Under the pieces are notes generated by a model. The model was not told the DNA's origin. It did no database searches and saw nothing but the letters and a program-made list of their open reading frames with translations. The position numbers and the translations under genes were made by a program. Positions 61,124 through 64,000 of a stretch of DNA of 64,000 nt are shown one piece after another. The number at the start of each line of letters is the position of its first letter. Within the stretch, counting starts at the first letter, position 1. This DNA is from Octopus sinensis. Taxonomy: Eukaryota. The stretch lies in contig NC_043005.1 of assembly GCF_006345805.1 (NCBI RefSeq), positions 992,001 through 1,056,000 on the forward strand, given 5' to 3'.

Positions 61124-63149
61124 ATGTTGCATGCACACTCCTGTGCATGAATATGAGTCAAGTAATTCAATTAAAATGTAGGTGTGTGCGGCAACACTGG
61201 TGGGTTAGGTTGAGCTCCAGTATGAAAGTATCACATGACAGATAAACTGAGAAATCGAATGCCTTCGATGGGAAATAGCATGGTCACTATTATCGAAAAT
61301 CCTGGTTTCAGAGGGGCACAAAACAATTCAAATTAACTGAAAGCTTTTGATAAGGTTGACCATCACATCAATGCAGCCAGTTATGCTGTGTTTTCTGATG
61401 GAATAGCTTAGTGGTCAGTCTAAATAGTTAGCTATCAGGGCTAGTTTGAATGGTTGAATAAAAATGTCCTCTTTCATTGTGTCTCTATGTAGCTGATTGT
61501 TGGGCTGCAAGTGTTGATAGGTATTCTGTTATATTAGCAAATGTGCATGACACTATTATAATGGTGTCAGGCACGACAGAAGCTGCAGCAGTTGGCATCA
61601 TTCTAAACAAATTAGAAAGAGCAACAATACTGATGCTGGTGGGAAAATATTCCTCTCAAATTCCTTTATCCATTCCAGATGCCCTTGCACAAGCTTCCAA
61701 GTTCTAAATCTACACAGAAATTAACCAGCTCAACAAAAACAATGCTTGCGGAAGAAAACTGTCAGTCTTGCTTGAATTCTAATGGATTGCAACTTTGTAA
61801 TTAAGAAAGAAACAAAAATTACGAGTACTCATTCTATTACACACCAAACTTCGATGCACAACCATTTCATGAGTAAATGCAGGTGAGACCCCCCCCCCTT
61901 TTATGAATAGAATGAGTTGACAGCCTTACACAATTCTTTACCACAGCTAATGGCTTCATGATATTTAAATTCATTTCATACTTCTGCTTCACACTGTGTT
62001 GTTCATAATGAATGTGTGCACGTGCATGCACACACACACAGAAATGCAACTCCATTCTTTCAATTTTGACAAAATTTAAAAGAACAAAATCATGAGATCA
62101 AAATAAGAAATTAGAGAAGTGAAAATAAAAAGAAACCAAAAGCAAACAAATTTGAAGGGGTTGTAAAATGAATATATAAGAAAATTAGCATAAACATAAA
62201 CAAAATACATTTATTGTTAACGCATTCCTTATTCTAGTGTGTATGTGTGCATGTGCATTCATGCACACTTGATTTTTAATTTAAAGAAATTAAATCTTCT
62301 CTTAGAAATTGACTCCTTTTATAAATAAATAAATAATTTTGTAAGCCATGTATAAAAGAATAATTGTTGTGATTCGATTTGTAGCCAACCACAAAAACGG
62401 ATTGGGGTTCAATTAGTCGAACCAATTGCAGTATATTACTGGAACTATTTTATCAAACCAAAGTGATGAAAGGCAAGGTCACTCTCTGACAAGGATTGAA
62501 CAAAGAACAATGAGGTTTCAAGAATAAAACTCAGAAAGCATTGAATCTTCTTTGCTAGTGTTGTTTATGATAAATCTACTTTTTTATATGGCAATACAGA
62601 TTTATTTTTAGATTGGAACAAAACCATAAATTTGTAGAAGACAAGCATTGTCAACTGGACAGACTCTAGTACATGCATGTCAATCTCAGATGATGAGTGA
62701 CTGGCCACAGCAACCCACATAGGATTGAACCTAGAACCCAATGATCTAAACTAATAATGTTAGATTTTTAATCTGCTGCATTACTTCATCACTTTCTGTG
62801 TCAAAAAACAGAAAAAAAAAGGAAATGGTAGGAGAATGAAAAATAAATAACAAAAATCAAAAAAAGGTTTAACAAATATTTCCAAAATATAAAAAAATAA
62901 AGAAAACAGTAAATATGTTGATAAAAAGAAAGTAAAAACCACTTCAATTGCACCAAGATGCAGTCAAGTTGAAAAGAATTAAGAAACATTCAGAAGGAGA
63001 GGGAAACAAGGCAGCAAATTTGGAAGCAATTCAAATCAAATATTTCATTCTCAAGCAAAAGAATGCAAAGCATTTTTGGTGGGTTTTAAAAAAAAATTTC
63101 ATCTTAAAACAGACACAGAAAAGAGCATTGGAGAGAATATTCCACACAA

Positions 63150-63188
<39 letters not shown>

Positions 63189-63365
63189 GGGCCATGTGCT
63201 GGCAGAATCATTACAATAAAGGACAAAATGCCTTGAGGTAATTAATTATTCCACTTTTTTCTGAGTTCAAATCCCACCACGGTTGATTGCCCTTTATCCT
63301 TCCACAGTTGATAAAATAAGTACAAACCAACTAGGGTTGACCTAATTGACCATTCCCTCCCTTAG
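63150..63365 (+). mobile_element. (ATT)n followed by a decayed tRNA-derived SINE
   Basis: GTGCTGGCAGAATC head, GAGTTCAAATCCC B-box, GCCTTTATCCTTCC..GATAAAATAAGTAC core. Confidence 0.65.
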
Positions 63366-64000
63366 AGTCGAATTTTCCCTTTAAACTCTTGAATATTTAT
63401 GAAAGAGATTATGAAGGACAAGGTTTACTGACCAGTGCCGTAGAGGATAATAACTTTAGTCTTCAGCATCCTCTAAGAACATACTAAAGGAGCCAGAGGA
63501 TGAGAGTTATCTGTACAATGTTGTTTGTACTTATTTGATCAACTTACACATTAATAGAAAAATAATGTTGAAAGTAAAAAAAATCAATAAAAGTGGTTTT
63601 GAACTTAAAAATGAACTTTGATGGTGTTGCCTGGCCAATTGAGTTCTTTACTAATTATACAAACAACACATCAGGAACAACAAGTGTGAAACTGCACCAA
63701 CAAGGGAACCTTTATACAGTTGTTTGCCTTGCTAGGAATAGCAGCTGATTTTCTCTCAATGGATACCCTACCAGCTGAAAAAGGCACCCAGAAAATGAGC
63801 CATAGACACAAAAATATAAATGATTATTGTGGGTGTGCTGAGTCATAGCTAACCTGAAGTTAAGGAATGTCTACCAAAATAATTTGGATAACTTGTACAG
63901 GAAAACTAAAATTTACATTCACTAACCCCCATCTTCCAGCAGTGTCACGATGGCAAAGAAACAGGTGGAATGAAAAATAGATAAAATTGCCTTTACTTAA

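Noticed and set aside
63700-63776. Candidate linker exon GRVSIERKSAIPSKANNCIK
   Set aside because: Good acceptor (ctttttcag) but no convincing donor and no homology I can recognise; similar unsupported candidates near 47770-47840 and 48400-48477

Overview
AT-rich, microsatellite- and transposon-dense eukaryotic DNA. The SINE/RTE repeat content suggests an octopus or other coleoid cephalopod (inference, not proven). The whole window lies in or around one minus-strand, long-intron gene, a PTPN3/PTPN4 (Ptpmeg-type) tyrosine phosphatase. Twelve coding exons between 44863 and 5999 splice in one open frame (1228 nt, about 409 aa) and cover the PDZ domain and an apparently intact PTP domain ([19 protein letters not shown]-loop). 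One intron uses a GC donor. The FERM/linker exons and probably the last exon were not identified. The dominant unexplained structure is a 9.9-kb, nearly homogeneous satellite of 68 x 145 bp plus 32 bp (19610-29499) inside the 13.7-kb intron 19069-32806. It has a roughly half-and-half C/T site, 5-unit and 6-unit block duplications, and a foldable three-stem core. The same intron holds a Merlin-like transposon relic with an 8-bp TSD and a nested 9-mer/69-mer minisatellite. Other introns carry RTE LINEs (one family has a PHD finger embedded in the RT domain and a repeated hairpin module in its 3' UTR), an R4/Dong-like RLE element flanked by (TAA)n, Tc2/pogo-like, mariner, hAT and Chapaev-like relics, and many tRNA-derived SINEs. 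No CRISPR array, rRNA or bona fide tRNA gene is supported.
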